Source: the human T2T-CHM13v2.0 reference genome, Homo sapiens. Taken from it: a DNA stretch of 64,000 bases. Below, piece after piece: positions 1-16,165 of this stretch. The first letter of the stretch is position 1; each line of letters begins with the position of its first letter. The notes under the pieces are model-generated. The model ran no database searches. It was not told the DNA's origin and was given only the letters and a program-made list of their open reading frames with translations. The DNA lies in the NCBI RefSeq assembly GCF_009914755.1, contig NC_060937.1. One strand, 5' to 3'. Position numbers and translations under genes: made by a program.

Positions 1-590
1 TTAAATTTTAACCTAAATAATTTAAGTTAAAATAAGGGATTCATCTTTTCACAGGAGAAAGATGAAAATTAATTTGCAAAGACGTAATACTGCTTACAAA
101 GAACACACAGAAGATTAAAGATGAAAATAGGAAGCTTGTTCCATTTTTTTAATGAATAAACTGAAGACTATTTTTTTACCCTCAATTTCCAAACACTTCT
201 GCATCAGTTGCTTTTCCCTTTTAAGATCTGCTTTTGTCAAGGTTTCAAATTTTGCTCTTTTTTAATTCTTCACTTTTATTGTTCCTACTTTGAAATTCAT
301 GCCTGCTTCACAATGTTAACTCATATTGCTAAAGTTTTACCTAATACAAAAAAAAATGATTAAAAAAGAAATCACCTTCTAGAAGAAAAATACATAATCC
401 TGATTTTTATCTTATTTCTTTTTAATGTTGTAAAATATCTTGATAAAACCCAGAATATAATCGTTCATTTACGAAATGATTTTTCTCCTCAGTTTGTCTG
501 CTTCAAGATTTTGACTGAAATGAAAAACAATGTATACAACACTCATATACCATCCCTCCCTCCCTCCCTCCCTTCCTTTTACTTTGCTCG

Positions 591-1029
<439 letters not shown>

Positions 1030-1441
1030 TAATAGATAATTTATTGATAAATATTTTGTGTTTGTCTTACTTCTGGATAAAAATACGAATAAATACAATT
1101 GACCGTTGTTTCACATTTTAAAACTTTTTAAATAAACATTTCCTCAGCCTCATGATAATCAGATTTATTTTTGTATAAAATACAGCTCAATAACTTAAGA
1201 CAAATCCTTCAAATTGCTTCCTCTGTATTTCTCTCTTTAGAGAAATTTTTCTGTTTGGGATCAATTTTATAAACACATTAGTTTTGTGGACTACATTTTA
1301 ACCTACTAAACTTTTTTTAAAATTCTAATTGCCCAGTAATTATAATAATATCTATGATGTGCTGTGAATTATGAGGGAAAAAAATGTAATTTTTATTCTT
1401 GCCAAGATGGACAATTGCTAAGAGTAGAAAAAGTGAAGTAG

Positions 1442-1719
1442 GGCTGGGCGCAGTGGCTCACACCTGTAATCCCAACACTTTGGGAGACCGAGGTGGGCAG
1501 ATCACCTGAAGTCAGGAGTTCGAGACCAGCCTGGCCAAAATACAGTGAAACCCTGTTTCTACTAAAAAATACAAAAATTACCTGGGCGCAGAGGCGCACG
1601 CCTGTAGTCCCAGCTACTTGAACCAGGGAAGTGGAGGTTGCAGTGAGTCAAGATCACGCCAGTGCACTCTAGCTTAGGTGACAGAGCAAGACTCTGTCTC
1701 TCAAAAAAAAAAAAAAAAA
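1442..1719 (+). mobile_element. AluS (Sx/Sz-like) with an internal ~25 bp deletion in the right arm
   Basis: GGCTGGGCGCAGTGGCTCAC start and poly(A); CCCAGCTACTTGAACC skips the GGGAGGCTGAGGCAGGAGAATC block; AAAAGTGAA on both flanks. Confidence 0.93.
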
Positions 1720-2523
1720 GTGAACTGAACTGCCTTAATTCAACTCACTGACATATTGCAGCCCTAGAACGTGATTGTATTCGGTAGACAAAAAATAAAG
1801 CAGTGGATACATTTTTTTGTTTAACCTGATATGAGTGGCCATAAAGTTCCAGATTACAAGGAAATTCAACCGTTTTGGTTTTGTAATTTTTTTTCATATT
1901 GCTGAGTATCCCAGGAAAAACCCATTCAGCTGGGTGTTTCTTTGATCATAAAGACTTTGGTGTTGAAGAAAGAGCAGTGACAATTGAGTAGACATTTTTC
2001 GCTTTCTGTGACCACCTGGTGGATCCATGCACCTACTAAGTGGGGTGGATGGGTGTGCCTGCATGTGGCCTCATCTCTGTCTCTCTCTCCCTATGACCTA
2101 TTTCTCTGTCATCTAGGGCTTACTGCCAGTTATTCAGTCTTAGTGATAATTAATACAAAGACACAAAAATTGACAATTTTCATTTCATTCTATTAGTTTT
2201 TCTTCATCTTTATCTTTTTGATGTGCAAAAATGCAACTCTCTTATGTTTTTTATTTTACCAGTAGTGACAAGAGAAATGGGTCCTTTCATATTTACCAAA
2301 TAGGTTAGCCAGAAACAAGATGAAGTGGGACTTACATTTCAGCATCTCTTCTCATTTTTCTTCTTAATCTGTGATGGAATATTTATGTCCTTGAAGCCAA
2401 GTAAATTATATTATGCTGTCTCACAAAACCAAATAAAAAATTCCTTTTATTTGAATAAACCGAGTTCACACTAGATACATGATACTAAGGTGTTCAAATT
2501 CAACATGAAGCTATGTGATGTAA

Positions 2524-3158
<635 letters not shown>

Positions 3159-3587
3159 TTAAGGCACAGACTCGAGACCAGTGTGTCTTTTGCTAAAAGA
3201 GAAGCCCAAGGCACAGCTTGCCATGAAAAAAAAATGTGATAATACACATAAAGAAACAAACTAAAATAATCTTGTAAGAATGTCATCTGAAAACATTAAA
3301 GTGAGTAAGATGCATTATTTCCTTATATCTATGTGACATTCTTTGAGTTATTCCCAAAAAGTCTCCAGGAAGAAATTCTGAGTGTGGTGGCACTTCTCAT
3401 GAGAGTTCCATAGGCTGAGGATTTTCAGAACTTGGGAGCTGCTGTACACCCCTCTAGGACCTGCCTCACATGACAACCCATACTCTGTGGACAACAGGGA
3501 AAGATAAAAGGCTTCCTTGAGTCCAGCAGTGGGACTCTGCTACAGTCCTTGCTTTTGGCACCAGTTCCTGTAATTTCATCAGCTTCT

Positions 3588-4750
3588 AAACCTGAAGAAA
3601 ACCTACGTGACGCCATTCAGGACACAGGCATGGGCAAAGACTTCATGACTAAAACACCAAAAGCAATTGCAACAAAAGCCAAAATTGAGAAATGAAATCT
3701 AATAAAACTGAAGAGCCTCTGCACAGCAAAAGAAACTATCATCAGAGTGAACAGGCAACCTACAGAATAGGAGAAAATTTTTGCAATCTACCCATCTGAC
3801 AAAGGGCTAATATCCAGAATCTATGAGGAACTTAAACAAATTTACAAGAAAAAAACAAACAACTGTATCCAAAAGTGGGCAAAGGATATGAACAGACACT
3901 TCTCAAAAGAAGACATTTATGTGGCCAGCAAACATATGAAAAGACAAAAAGCTCATCATCACTGGTCATTAGAGAAGTAAGAATCAAAACCACAATGAGA
4001 TACCATCTCATGCCAGTTAGAACGGTGATCATCAAAAAGTCAGGAAACAACAGATGCTGGAGAGGATGTGGAGAAATAGAAACACTTTTACACTGTTGGT
4101 GGGAGTGTAAATTAGTTCAACCATTGTGGAATACAGTGTGGCAATTCCTCAAGGATCTAAAACCAGAAATACCATTTGACCCAGCAATCCCATTACTGGG
4201 TATATACCCAAAGGATTATAAATCATTCTATAAAGACACATGCCCATGTATGTTTACTGCAGCACTATTTACAATAGCAAATACTTGGAACCAACCCAAA
4301 TGTCCATCAATGATAGACTGGATAAAGAAAATGTGGCACATATACACCATGGAATATTATGCAGCCATAAAAAAGAATGAGTTTATGTTCATTGCAGGGA
4401 CATGGATGAAGCTGGAAACCATCATTCTCAGCAAACTAACACAGGAACAGAAAACCAAACACCACATCTTCTCACTCATACGTGGGAGTTGAACAATGAG
4501 AACATGTGGACACAGGGAGGGGAACACCACACACCGGGGTCTGTCAGGGGGTTGGGGGAAAGGGGAGGGACAGCATTAGGACAAATACCTAATGCATGCG
4601 GGGCTTAAAACCTGGATGACAGGTTGGTGGGTGCAGCAAACCACCATGGCACATGTATACATATGTAACAAACCTGCACGTTCTGCGCATGTATCCCAGA
4701 ACTTAAAGTAAAATAAATAAATAAATAAATAAATAAATAAAAAAGAAAAA
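3588..4750 (+). mobile_element. 5'-truncated L1PA (about PA7-8): ORF2 3' end, 3'UTR and (TAAA)n tail
   Basis: ORF 3875-4492 contains ORF2 C-terminal motifs ([29 protein letters not shown]); 3'UTR GCATGCGGGGCTTAAAACC; (TAAA)n at about 4709-4741. Confidence 0.95.
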
Positions 4751-5125
4751 GAATCCAGCCTTGAGGAGACGGCAGAAGAGACTTTCCTCTTTGAACTGTA
4801 CAACCTGGTTTGAAATGGAGAAAATGCTGTCTTCGTCAGAGGCTGGCATAGCTGAGATGTCAAGTTTGAGGGCAAGATAAAGGCTCATAGCCAATAGGTC
4901 AAAAAGACATCTGCTGAACTAGCTACAACGAGAGAGAAAGATAAAGCCATGCAATTCTTGGAAGACATTTTGACTTTCTTGAGACTAAGAAGTTGCCCAT
5001 ATTTGATGTATTTGTTCATCATTGCATAGAATGGCAATTTAAATAACTTTTTAGGGGAAGCAGCGAATAGCCTTTGAGGAGAAAATATTCACTCTATGGA
5101 CCACCAACTACACACTGAATTTGAT

Positions 5126-5328
5126 CAAGCTGGCAAACTACAGCTCCATGTCTGAATGCATCTGTTTTTGTACAGCAATAATCTAGGGATATTTTTTATT
5201 TAAAAAATGTATAAAAATATACTTATAAACAAACATAAAGAAGAATATGTGAAACAAGCAAAACAATGTCTGCAAAATCTAAAACATTTACCATCTGACA
5301 ATTTATGGAAAAAGTGCCAATTACTGAC
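5126..5328. mobile_element. MER58-like hAT-Charlie MITE
   Basis: Ends GGCAAACTACAGC...AAAACATTTACCATCTGACAATTTATGGAAAAAGTGCCAA resemble MER58. Confidence 0.65.
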
Positions 5329-5499
5329 CTAATACAAAATTTGGCCTATTAAAAGTCTCCTTTTCTGCTTCCTCCTTTAGCTCTAAAATCTGTAATAGGA
5401 TGCTGTTCTTTGTTGTGACACTGTAGAGTGCCACTGAAAAAAAAATAATAAATATGGAAATGTAATGTATAAAGTTGCTATTAAAATGTTAGGTATTGA

Positions 5500-5797
<298 letters not shown>

Positions 5798-7416
5798 CTT
5801 TGATGCATTTTTAATTTAAAAAATAGTCTTGAATGAATTAAACTAACTCGGAGGGTGTAGCTGCCGTGGCCACATACAGTTAGTTATTTATTAGATGGAC
5901 CTTGATAGATATATGCCTAGAAGAAATGACTTGGTCTACCAAAAATATTTATTGAGTGTCTCCTCTTTGCAATGTAGTAAAAAATATTACATATTCTAGA
6001 TCTATAGAACTCTTGGCCAATATAATAAAAGTCACTTCTGCTGATTATCAATAACATAATCTATCTCTACAACATCTCTTCTCTAAGTCTGCTACGAAAT
6101 TTGCTACAGGGAAGCTCAAAGATCTGTCTGTACCAAGAAAAATGAAAGGGCATATCTGCAAAACAGGCTTCTAAATACAGAACTACTGTCGAGAATCATT
6201 ACATTATTTGTATTATTGCTACTTTGCTCTAAATAAAGTGATTTCTTTTCCCAGAATTATTGAAAATATTGCAGATACAAGAATGCATTTTCCACACTTT
6301 GCATATCACAGTGGGATTCAGGCTCAATCAATACTCTCCTGTCTAACAACCTAGTCTTATCCTCTGTAATACAAAAATTATACAGGACTCTGCTTCCCAA
6401 ATTAGTTTCCATTTTTCTGGTGACTGACATGAGTGGCTTAATTAAAAACAATATCTAAGCACAATGTAAATTAAACTTGAGACTTTAATTTACTATAATG
6501 CTTTCCCTGTACTTCTGTGTTCATCGATTTAATTTATTGGCTGGAATCGAAATGAGTCTCTAATAATTCCTAATGTTCCAAACTAATACTTGCTTTTCTA
6601 AGAAGACATTCAGTATTTCATTGTATTCAGCTATGACAGCTCAGAAACAATTTTTACATCACATGGAAGTCATTTTCTATGTACTTTTCAATAAAAAAAG
6701 TCACACTTCTTTAATGTCTTGGGGGAACCTGTTATGACTGCATGGACTTAGGCAACCATCTCCAAATGAATCACCACCAATTAACCTTTTATTATAATTG
6801 AATAAATGAGTAGCAGTCTCAAATAAGTGCTAGTGATACTTCAGGAACGATGCAACATACTTCTGACAGCATATGCCGAAATCCCTGGCTTGAGTCTGTA
6901 TCCCATTAAAGACAACATAGCATATAAGCGCTGAAAATTACCCCTAGGTTTTCAGCTCAGACAAGGCATAAAGTGCTCAGCATTACACTCCATCTGGGTG
7001 CTACGGGAATGTCGATCTCTGAGAGAGATTTGCCTACAGAAGATGTTGAGTGAGCATGAAAGCTGTTCAGACAGTATCAATTACAGGAACGAGGAATGTT
7101 AGAGCATTAGAGCATTATGCAATGTTGTTTTTGCTGTGGTCTTTCTTAGGCAGCTAGTATGCTGATTAGCTCTCCAGAAAACAAGATGTGGAAGGAATCT
7201 TTGCACAGAAGTGTGGAAAGTATCTCATATCTTCACAAAGAGATGATTAAAATGGTATCTTTTTGTACTAAAAGGAAATTTCACTTCAAGTTAACATGGC
7301 AAAAATATCATTTTTTACTCCCAACAGTAGCTTTTATATATATGTTCATTCACAATAAAACATTATACTTTGGGGTAATAACTGAGGAAAATGTACTTGA
7401 GAATCCACAATTAATT

Positions 7417-7862
7417 ATTTTTTAACTTTTATTTTAGGTTCAGGAGTACATGTGCAGGTTTGTTATATAGGTAAACTTGTATCAGAGGGGTTTGTTTTAC
7501 AGACTATTTTGTCACCCAGTATTAAGTCTAGTACCCAACAGTTATTATTTTCTGTTGCTCTCCCTCCCATGCACCCCCGACCCTCAAGTAGGTCCCACTG
7601 TGTGTTAGTCCCCTCTATGTGTCCATGTGTTCTCATCACTTATCTCCCACTTATAAGTGAGAACAGGCAGTATTTGTTTTCCTGTTCCTGCATTAGTTTG
7701 CTAAGGATGATGGCCTCCAGCTTCATCCATGTTCCTGCAAAGGACATGATCTCATTCCTTTTTATGACTGCGTAGTATTCCATGGTGTATATGCACCACA
7801 TTTTCTTTATCCAGCCTGCCATTGATGGTCATTTAGGTTGATCCCATGTCTTTGCTATTGGA
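7417..7862 (-). mobile_element. Older L1PA (about PA13-16) 3' fragment
   Basis: Antisense L1 3'UTR and ORF2 end (ORF 7640-7822 WIKKMW..EYYA); degenerate TSD AATCCACA(C)ATTAATT on both sides. Confidence 0.9.
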
Positions 7863-9865
7863 TAATCCACACATTAATTTATGCTACAGTAAATTTTAGA
7901 AATTCTTAAAACTCTTTCTCTGCTGCTTCCTTTGTCCTACAGAATTCTCCATAGAGCTATCCTAGATTTAGGACTGTAGGAATTTGTATGATGAAGAACA
8001 AGCAAAAAAATAGTGGAATTTAGAATTGTTGGGGCCCTGCTGTTCCAAACTGACTTAGTCCACGTAGGTTATTAACTTCTCACATATTATCACCCTCATT
8101 TCTAGGAATCTTTGACTCTCTATCAGCCCCCTGGGCAGCAGCTTTGCTTATTCTTTTTCATGAAGTTTCTCCAGATTTCATTCACTTGAAACCTAATACT
8201 TACTATATATACTATGTATAATATATACTGTATACTACATGCATCCTCTATATACTATATACCATATATATGCTATACTCTATAATATGAATACTTATAT
8301 ATAAAACAATATACCCATGGTATCTATTACCTATACATACACATATATGGTTTGCACTCATTTCAGTTCCATTTGACTTGATGTCTACATGGTGTGCAAG
8401 TGTACACAGTGGGTTTTCATTTGCTGGAAGTGCAACATGAGAACATGAAAAAATGTATTAGTTACTTAAAGCCAAACTGTCTAGTCTAAGGATAGCCATG
8501 CTGTCCTGGGCTTAGACGTGGCAGTACCTATGTCCTTCTCTCTATGCAAGTCCTAGGGCAGTCTTCCAATGGTTGTTGAATATTTCTCATTTCCTCAGAA
8601 GTTGTATGGGAATAACCACATCGTTATTCACCCACATATCTAGGGCATATGTGTCATGAAAGTGCAAGCAGCTTCTCTTAGGTATTATACAGGACTAGAG
8701 AAGACAGGTGAATCTGTGAATCTCATAGTGAGATCTGTAGGTTTCTCTTATATTTTACCTACTTTCATTGCTATGATAGATAAGCTTGCAGAGTAACATA
8801 AACCTATTGCAAAGTACACACAGACACATAATATATGCAACAGGTCCTAATCATTGAATCTATGCTTCATTTTTCACTCTTCGTCCATAAAGACACATAT
8901 GGACAAACTTTCTACCCATCTGGTAAAAAGAAACTTGACTTTTTTAAGTTAGTGATTTTAAGGAAGTTCAGAAAAAGGTAAGAGGTTTGGGGTGACGGCA
9001 CCATTGTGGGTAAACATATTGTGCTAATTTCATGGATTAATATACAGAATGTATGAAATAAATCGGCACCCTGGAAAAGAAGGGACACTTGGATTAAAAG
9101 AATCTTCACTCAAATCCTGTAAATATATCGGACATTTCTTTAGGTTAGTAAGTTATTCTAGTAGGATAAAAAAAAAGTGCCAGTATCACTAATCCATTAT
9201 TAACATTTTAGCATTTATGCCTTATGCCGACTTAAACTGTCTAGTCTGAGCCTAGCAACCTAGGCAGAAGTGAGAGGCTCCAGCAGTGACAGCAGCACAT
9301 TGCAAAAGCACTTTCTTTTTCTTGTCCTAAACAGACCCCACCTATTTCTTCTCTGGACACTCCAGGACCACCATTATCAAGAGAGTAAATTCACACTGTA
9401 ACAATTGTGAGGGCCCCTGTGTATTCAGAATGGCTTAAATCTTAGTTATTTTTCTTCTTTTGGAATTTCTATAGGCAGTGACAGAATTTTGGCCATATGG
9501 AAGATTTCAACAGCTTACAACAGTAGTTTTTAATCTAGATGTATCTTTAAAAAACAAAATTATACAAATAGTCAAAGAGAGTAACACATCATATATCTAT
9601 TACAGTTCTCTAAAAATCAGAGGCATTTATTAGTATTAGTGTAAAATAAGGAAGTAATTTTTATTCATTTCTAATCTACATAATGAAAATAAACCAATGA
9701 CAGAAAGAACTAGTAGGAATATCTCATGGCATTAAAAGCCACTAGAGTCATTAGTGAATCTTAATTTATTTAGATATCTTTAGATATTATGTGAAGCAAA
9801 AAATTGTTGCTAGGACACAACTTATATCTATTTCCTGGAAGAGGAAAGCATAAGAACAGAAGAGA

Positions 9866-10248
9866 TACTCATGCATTGCTTAAGAAGGAGGATATGAACT
9901 GGGAAATGGAACATTTTCTCATTGTGTAAACATCATACAATTTACTTACACGAACCTAGATGGTACAGCCTACTACATACCTAGGCGGTGTGGTATAGCC
10001 TGTTGCAAACCTGTACAGTATGCTACTGTACTGAATATGTTAGGCAACGGCAAAACAGTGGTAAGTATTTGTGTATAGAAACTTACCTAAACATAGAAAA
10101 AGTAATGTGTTGCACTACGGTGTTATGACGGCTATGATGTCACCAAGAATAGGAATTTTTAGCTGAGCTCCATTATAATCTTATGGGCACACCACTGTAT
10201 ATGCAGTCTGTCCCTGACCAAAATGTCATGGCAGGGCACATGACCGTC
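9866..10248. mobile_element. Tigger3/MER7-type TcMar DNA transposon relic
   Basis: AACCTAGATGGTACAGCCTACTACATACCTAGG and CCATTATAATCTTATGGG motifs; degenerate terminal inverted repeats. Confidence 0.8.
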
Positions 10249-10426
10249 TACGATAATGAATCTGGTCTTGCCACCACATCACTTAATTATGCACCTCATG
10301 CGGTGGTATCAGCCGATATTAGCCAATGAATTCTACAATGTAACTTTGGGAAAGGTCATCACTAGGGATCATCTGCAATGTTGCACTGAGGCAAGAGAAA
10401 ATCTATGGGTATTTTTCCTTTAAAAA

Positions 10427-10452
10427 ACACACACACACACACACACACACAC
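10427..10452. repeat. (AC)n microsatellite
   Basis: About 13 AC units. Confidence 0.95.
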
Positions 10453-10584
10453 AATGGAATTAAGGAAAGAACCCAGAGTTAGATGCAGAGTCATGAAAAT
10501 ATATTTACTTTCCTCCTGCAATACCAGGAGTCTTTTATAAATAAGTCCTCCTAAGAGTTATTATTTTTAAAGCCGTGGTACATA

Positions 10585-10790
10585 GTAAAATCTGTGGCAT
10601 AATGGAAACAAGTTTTGTCTCTAGGAAGATGCATTTTCAAATCCCCGTTCTTTCTGATAATAGATGGGTGACTTGATTAAGACATTTATGTCTTTGAGCC
10701 TCAGTTTTCTTATTCATAAAGTACAGATAATGCTTATTTCATGTGAATATTGTGAAGATGAAATAAGACAGCACACATAATGGGCTCCCA
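10585..10790 (+). mobile_element. MIR SINE
   Basis: MIR core GTGACTTG...TTTGAGCCTCAGTTTTCTTATTCATAAA...TGTGAAGATGAAATAAGA. Confidence 0.75.
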
Positions 10791-12202
10791 TTAATAATGA
10801 TGATGATGATAACTACCATTGACAGTATACGCACCATATACTAAGAATTTGTATGAGTAATACTGTATTAGATCCCCCAAATGAGTTCTCTTTTGCTCTC
10901 CTTTCTCCACTGTACTCCAGCCCCACGTTTAGACATTGCTATGAATCCCCTTCTACAAGTGGAAGTAAATTGGTGGCTAACCAGTGAAATAAACTCCACT
11001 TAGGAATGCATGGGATCAAAGACTACTGCTCTTGGAAGGAAAAAATGGAGTTGCAGATTGGAGAGCCTGCCTTCCCACCAAGAATACAATATTCCACCAG
11101 GAAGCCTCGTGGGCTGAGAGCCCAGAAACACTAAAGACTTGATCTAAATCCAATTGCATGGGCCTGTGGTGAAAAATAGTAACCCAGACCACACAGTCAC
11201 TTCAGAGTCCCAGGAAAGAGGACTGTGATAATAAATTTCTGTTTTGTTAAGTTGTACTCCACATATGACAACTAAACCTGGGTAGTAAAGGCATCCTGAA
11301 GCCAATAGCCTCTGTGACAGACTAAATGACGAGTATTTCCAAATTCCAGGTGATCAGGAATATAACATGGTTGGATGAGTAAAATAATTAATTTGCAGAG
11401 AATGGCCAAATGTTTTCAGCCAGGATTTGAGTTTTGGCAGCTTGCCTGTTTCGGCTGGCTTTAGAATGCTGACTAGCTCTCTTTATCCAGGAAGGTACTA
11501 TAACATCAGAAAAAACTCACCTGTAAATTCCCCCATCTGCGCACACATATGTTTAATTTCTCTCTTCTCTGAGATTAAGTTGGAAGAGGTGTAAGTGGCA
11601 AGAAGTAAACAGAAATGTGATATCCGTACGAATTCAAAACAGACCCCTTAAGGAGTCATGATCAGAAAAGAATCTTTTGGACTGAAATACCCAATCGCTT
11701 TAGTAAAAACAGTAAATATTGTACAAATAGCTGCAGTCTTATAGATTTGAATTTACATTATTAACAGATAAAGGTAGTTGCCTCTATTTTGGCATCTCTT
11801 TACCCACCAACTCTTCTTGGTGTAGGGGTAATGGGGAAATACCGCAGGCTTTGGCCTGCAAATTACATCATCACAGCTAATAAGATACTTAAGGCAGTCT
11901 TACTAAAGAATGAGAATTGTGCATTCTTGAGCTTCTAACTATTTTTTTAGTAACTTTTCTCTGCTCTGAGTTATATGCTTCTCTTATGGCATTTGCCTCA
12001 TTTTATCTTGTCTGACATTATTTTATGTTGATTTTATATTCCTTGCTAGACTATAAAGACTTTGAGGGCTGAACCAATAGACATGCGCTGACTGGATCAA
12101 AGTTATCATGATGTGACTTACAGCCCAATAAAATGTAACAAAACAAAGATGATATTTTCAAGGCTTCTCTGACAATTGCACCAAGATGCATACGCATGCA
12201 TA

Positions 12203-12208
12203 CACACA

Positions 12209-12239
<31 letters not shown>

Positions 12240-12240
12240 G
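12203..12240. repeat. Interrupted (AC)n microsatellite
   Basis: AC run with one AT interruption. Confidence 0.95.
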
Positions 12241-14582
12241 CGTGTACCTAATAAGCTGTATCTAAACAGCTGCACTGTGTTTGTTAGAAACGTGGACACT
12301 TCTGTAACAGAGTGCAGTGGCGGCGGCGGCATTTCTTAGGTTGCATAATGCTTTCTTGTTGGAGTTTGCTTGTTGAATTGTTGATGCAGGTTGATTACAC
12401 CCCTGTTGCTGCTGCTGTCAGTAGGTTTCCCTGAAAATAAGATGCTGCAACTCAGTAGGTGGGAATAAATCAGCACAAATAAGCAGCACACGTACTCATT
12501 CCTTTGTGCTTAAAATACTTAGTTATGAATCTCTATGAAACCTACATACTGTTAGTTCTCGAAAGAACTCCAAACTACAGAGCACAGCACCAAATTATAT
12601 TTTACACTCCCACTGTTCAATTTGGGTGTTATATTAGCATTCAAATGTTTGGGGGTTTAAATGGTCTCTTCTTTTCAGCTCAATCCTGCTGCCAACAAAT
12701 TCTAGTCATTTAAGCTAGTGCTTTTAGTTAACAAGTTACGGAAAAAGCCAGAGTGAATCAAAGACTCATAGCTAATTTGGGGTGTATAGAGGCACTGATA
12801 GATGAGAAAAAGAAAGGCTACAACAGAAGTGCTGAAGTAGACAGCAGCAGCCTCCTTCTCCAACATTTGAAGCTAAAACAAAATGAATGCAGCTCCACCA
12901 TATTAACATTGTTTTTCCTAGACTAACTTGGCAGGGGATTCCCACACAGCGAGGAAACCTTAATGGCCTGCCAACCATTGGAGCAGTGCTGCCTTTCTAA
13001 TTACACATATTTCCATGAATTATAACTGGGTGTTTTATCTGTTCAACCAATTTGGAAGACAGCTGAGAACCACATCAACTTTTCCATGTTCTTCTTTGAT
13101 TCTGAACATTAAAACAACATTATTAAGTCTTCGTAAATGGCATTATTAATAGCTGCATGAGTATAGGATACAGAAACACCAGTGTCTTCTTAGTAGCCAT
13201 TATATAATTTCCAGTATTTTATGATTATTATTAATGATTTCATGACACCATTTCACAGCAGTTGGTGGTGGTTCTTTCTACAGTCTAGCTAACAATAAAC
13301 AAAATTCCTAGGTCAAAAGTGATGAATATTTATAAGCTTACTAAGCCAAATTATTTTAAATAGTTTTATTAACATTCCAATGTGATGTGGAATTCCTATT
13401 CACTGAATCCTAAATGGCATCAGATATTCTCACTTGAAAACTAATTGATTTTTAAAACAAATTGATGGGAAAATTGGAAGATCACTCATTAGTAGAATTT
13501 ACGTTACTTTGGAAATGATAGGTGATTATTTCCCATGTTTATTAGCCATTTATATTTTTTACTTTATAATCATTTTTCCTTAATCCAAAAAAAATTGCTG
13601 GGGTTCCTGGAAAAAGGAGTCAAAGTAGAATGTAAATTTTACGTAGCTTCATTGCATACTTTTGCATAACTAACTTTCTGAGAAGCTCAAGGGACGGGAA
13701 TAGAAACAAATTTCCTAATTATTTGTACATTTACTTCTGCATTTCGTAGGAGCATATCAGTTAGCTATAAACTGTTGAAAAATGACCCATTGTATTGCAG
13801 AGTACCCTGCTGTCTGGGGTTCTGTATGCCTAATAAAAACAATTTCCTTCTTCCATTTATAATATAGAGTCAGAATCATCTTTCCGAAGAATAGAAAATG
13901 CATCCACGTACAATTCGGGCAGAAGGGTATTAAAACATGTGAAATCACTTGGAAAACACATATTTTTTTCAGAGTCATAAATACAAGCATAAAAAAGCAG
14001 CAAAGATGGGTCTAATTCAGTCAGTTTGATACTAAGACACAAAACTATTTAAAAACACGGCTCTTTGCAGTCAGCACTATTTTACTGCAGAAGTACAGTG
14101 AAATGAAACATAAGTCACCATTGGTCACTTATCATCCGTCTCATTTAAGTGTTTATTTCTAAGAATAACTGTGACATTTTTGGGAATGCCCATTAAAATT
14201 ATTAATAGGATATCCAGTTCATTTATGTCTTGCCAGAAAAGGAGGTGACCGAAAGCACTTTCTAGAATGTTCCCCCAATTGATATTGATTCATGCCTATG
14301 AGAAGTTTCTTCTGGATAAGAGGTCACCACTTCCTGTTCTAAGTGGCATTTACGCATTCTGTGGACTCATGATCTTAAATCCATTGGTCCAATTGAACAA
14401 CTATGTTAGTCTCATAAGATTCCAATCTTAAGCCTGGACTTCACAAAATAACCCATTTTCTCCCCGTTCCCTTGTCCCCAGACACTTTCTCATTCTTCTA
14501 ACAGTCAATTTGGATCAAATAATTAATACCCTGAGAATAAACAAAGAAATAACTACAATATCACTTTGTGTAATAAAAGTAG

Positions 14583-14972
<390 letters not shown>

Positions 14973-15034
14973 GAGTTCAGTATAATTTTCAATGAGAAAA
15001 CTGAAATTCAGTTTTATAATCAAAGAGCATGTTT

Positions 15035-15340
15035 GCTGGAAGCCATCATTCTCAGCAAACTAATACAGGGACAGAAAACCAAACACCGCATGTTCCACTC
15101 ATAAGTGGGAGTTGAACAATGAGAACACACGGACACAGGGAGGGAAACATCACACACCAGGGCCTGTCAGGCGGTCAGGGGTAAGGGGAGAGAGAGCATC
15201 GAGACAAATATCTAAGGTATGCGGGGCTTAAAACCTAGATGATGGTTGATAGGTGCAGCAAACCACCATGGCACATGTATACCTGTGTAACAAACCCGCA
15301 CGTCCTGCACATGCATCCCACAACTTAAAGCAAAATAAAA
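15035..15340 (+). mobile_element. L1PA (about PA7-10) 3' end fragment followed by an AT-rich low-complexity tail
   Basis: GCTGGAAGCCATCATTCTCAGCAAACTAA...GCGGGGCTTAAAACCTAGATGA...ACTTAAAG; (TA)-rich run to about 15480. Confidence 0.92.
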
Positions 15341-15683
15341 ATATATATATTTTTCATATTTTCATATATAATATATAAATATATAATTAAGATAAAATAT
15401 TACATATTACATATGTATAAATTCATATATAACATATAAAATATATAATATTATATATTATATACATGTGTATATAAAATCTGGCTGCGGAGTTTTTGAT
15501 CTATACATTGAACAAATTGTCTCACCTACTGATATTGACCCTCACTGATTCATCAGGAAAATATAGTAACAAATACATACACAATGACTAATGCCATGGA
15601 CAAATACACGGACTAATGCCATCCCGAACATACAAAGTATAATAGCAATTTATTAAGACCTCAAGAAACTGAACTCTATAGTG

Positions 15684-16165
15684 GAGGAATCCCCAACCCC
15701 AGGTCCATTAGGAACGGGGCCACACAGCAGCAGGTGAGCAGTGGGTGAGCGAGCGGAACTTCATCTGTATTTCCAGCTGCTTCCCAGTGCTCACATTACC
15801 GCCTGAGCTCTGCATCCTGTCGCATCGGTGGCGGCATCAGATGCACATAGAAGCGCAAACCCTATTGTAAACTGCACATGTGAGGGATCTAGGTTGTGTG
15901 CTACTTATGAGAATCTAATGCCTGATGATCTATCACTGTCTTCCATGCCCCCAAGATGGGACCATCTAGTTACAAGAAAACAAGCTCAGGGCTTGCACTG
16001 ATTCTACATTATGGTGAGATCCATATTATGGTGTAATAATAATAGAAATAAAGTGCACAATAAGTGTAATCCACTTGAATCATCCTGAAACCATCCCTCT
16101 CCCCCAGTCTGTGGAAAAATTGTCCACAAAACCGGTCCCTGGTGCCAAAAGGTTGGAAATTGCTG
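15684..16165. mobile_element. MER1A hAT-Charlie DNA transposon
   Basis: CCCCAACCCCC...TTAGGAACGGGGCCACACAGCAG...GAGAATCTAATGCCTGATGATCT...ACCGGTCCCTGGTGCCAAAAGGTTGG. Confidence 0.88.

Noticed and set aside
13757-14042. Overlapping minus-strand ORFs as a possible coding exon
   Set aside because: No recognisable protein similarity and no convincing donor/acceptor pair.
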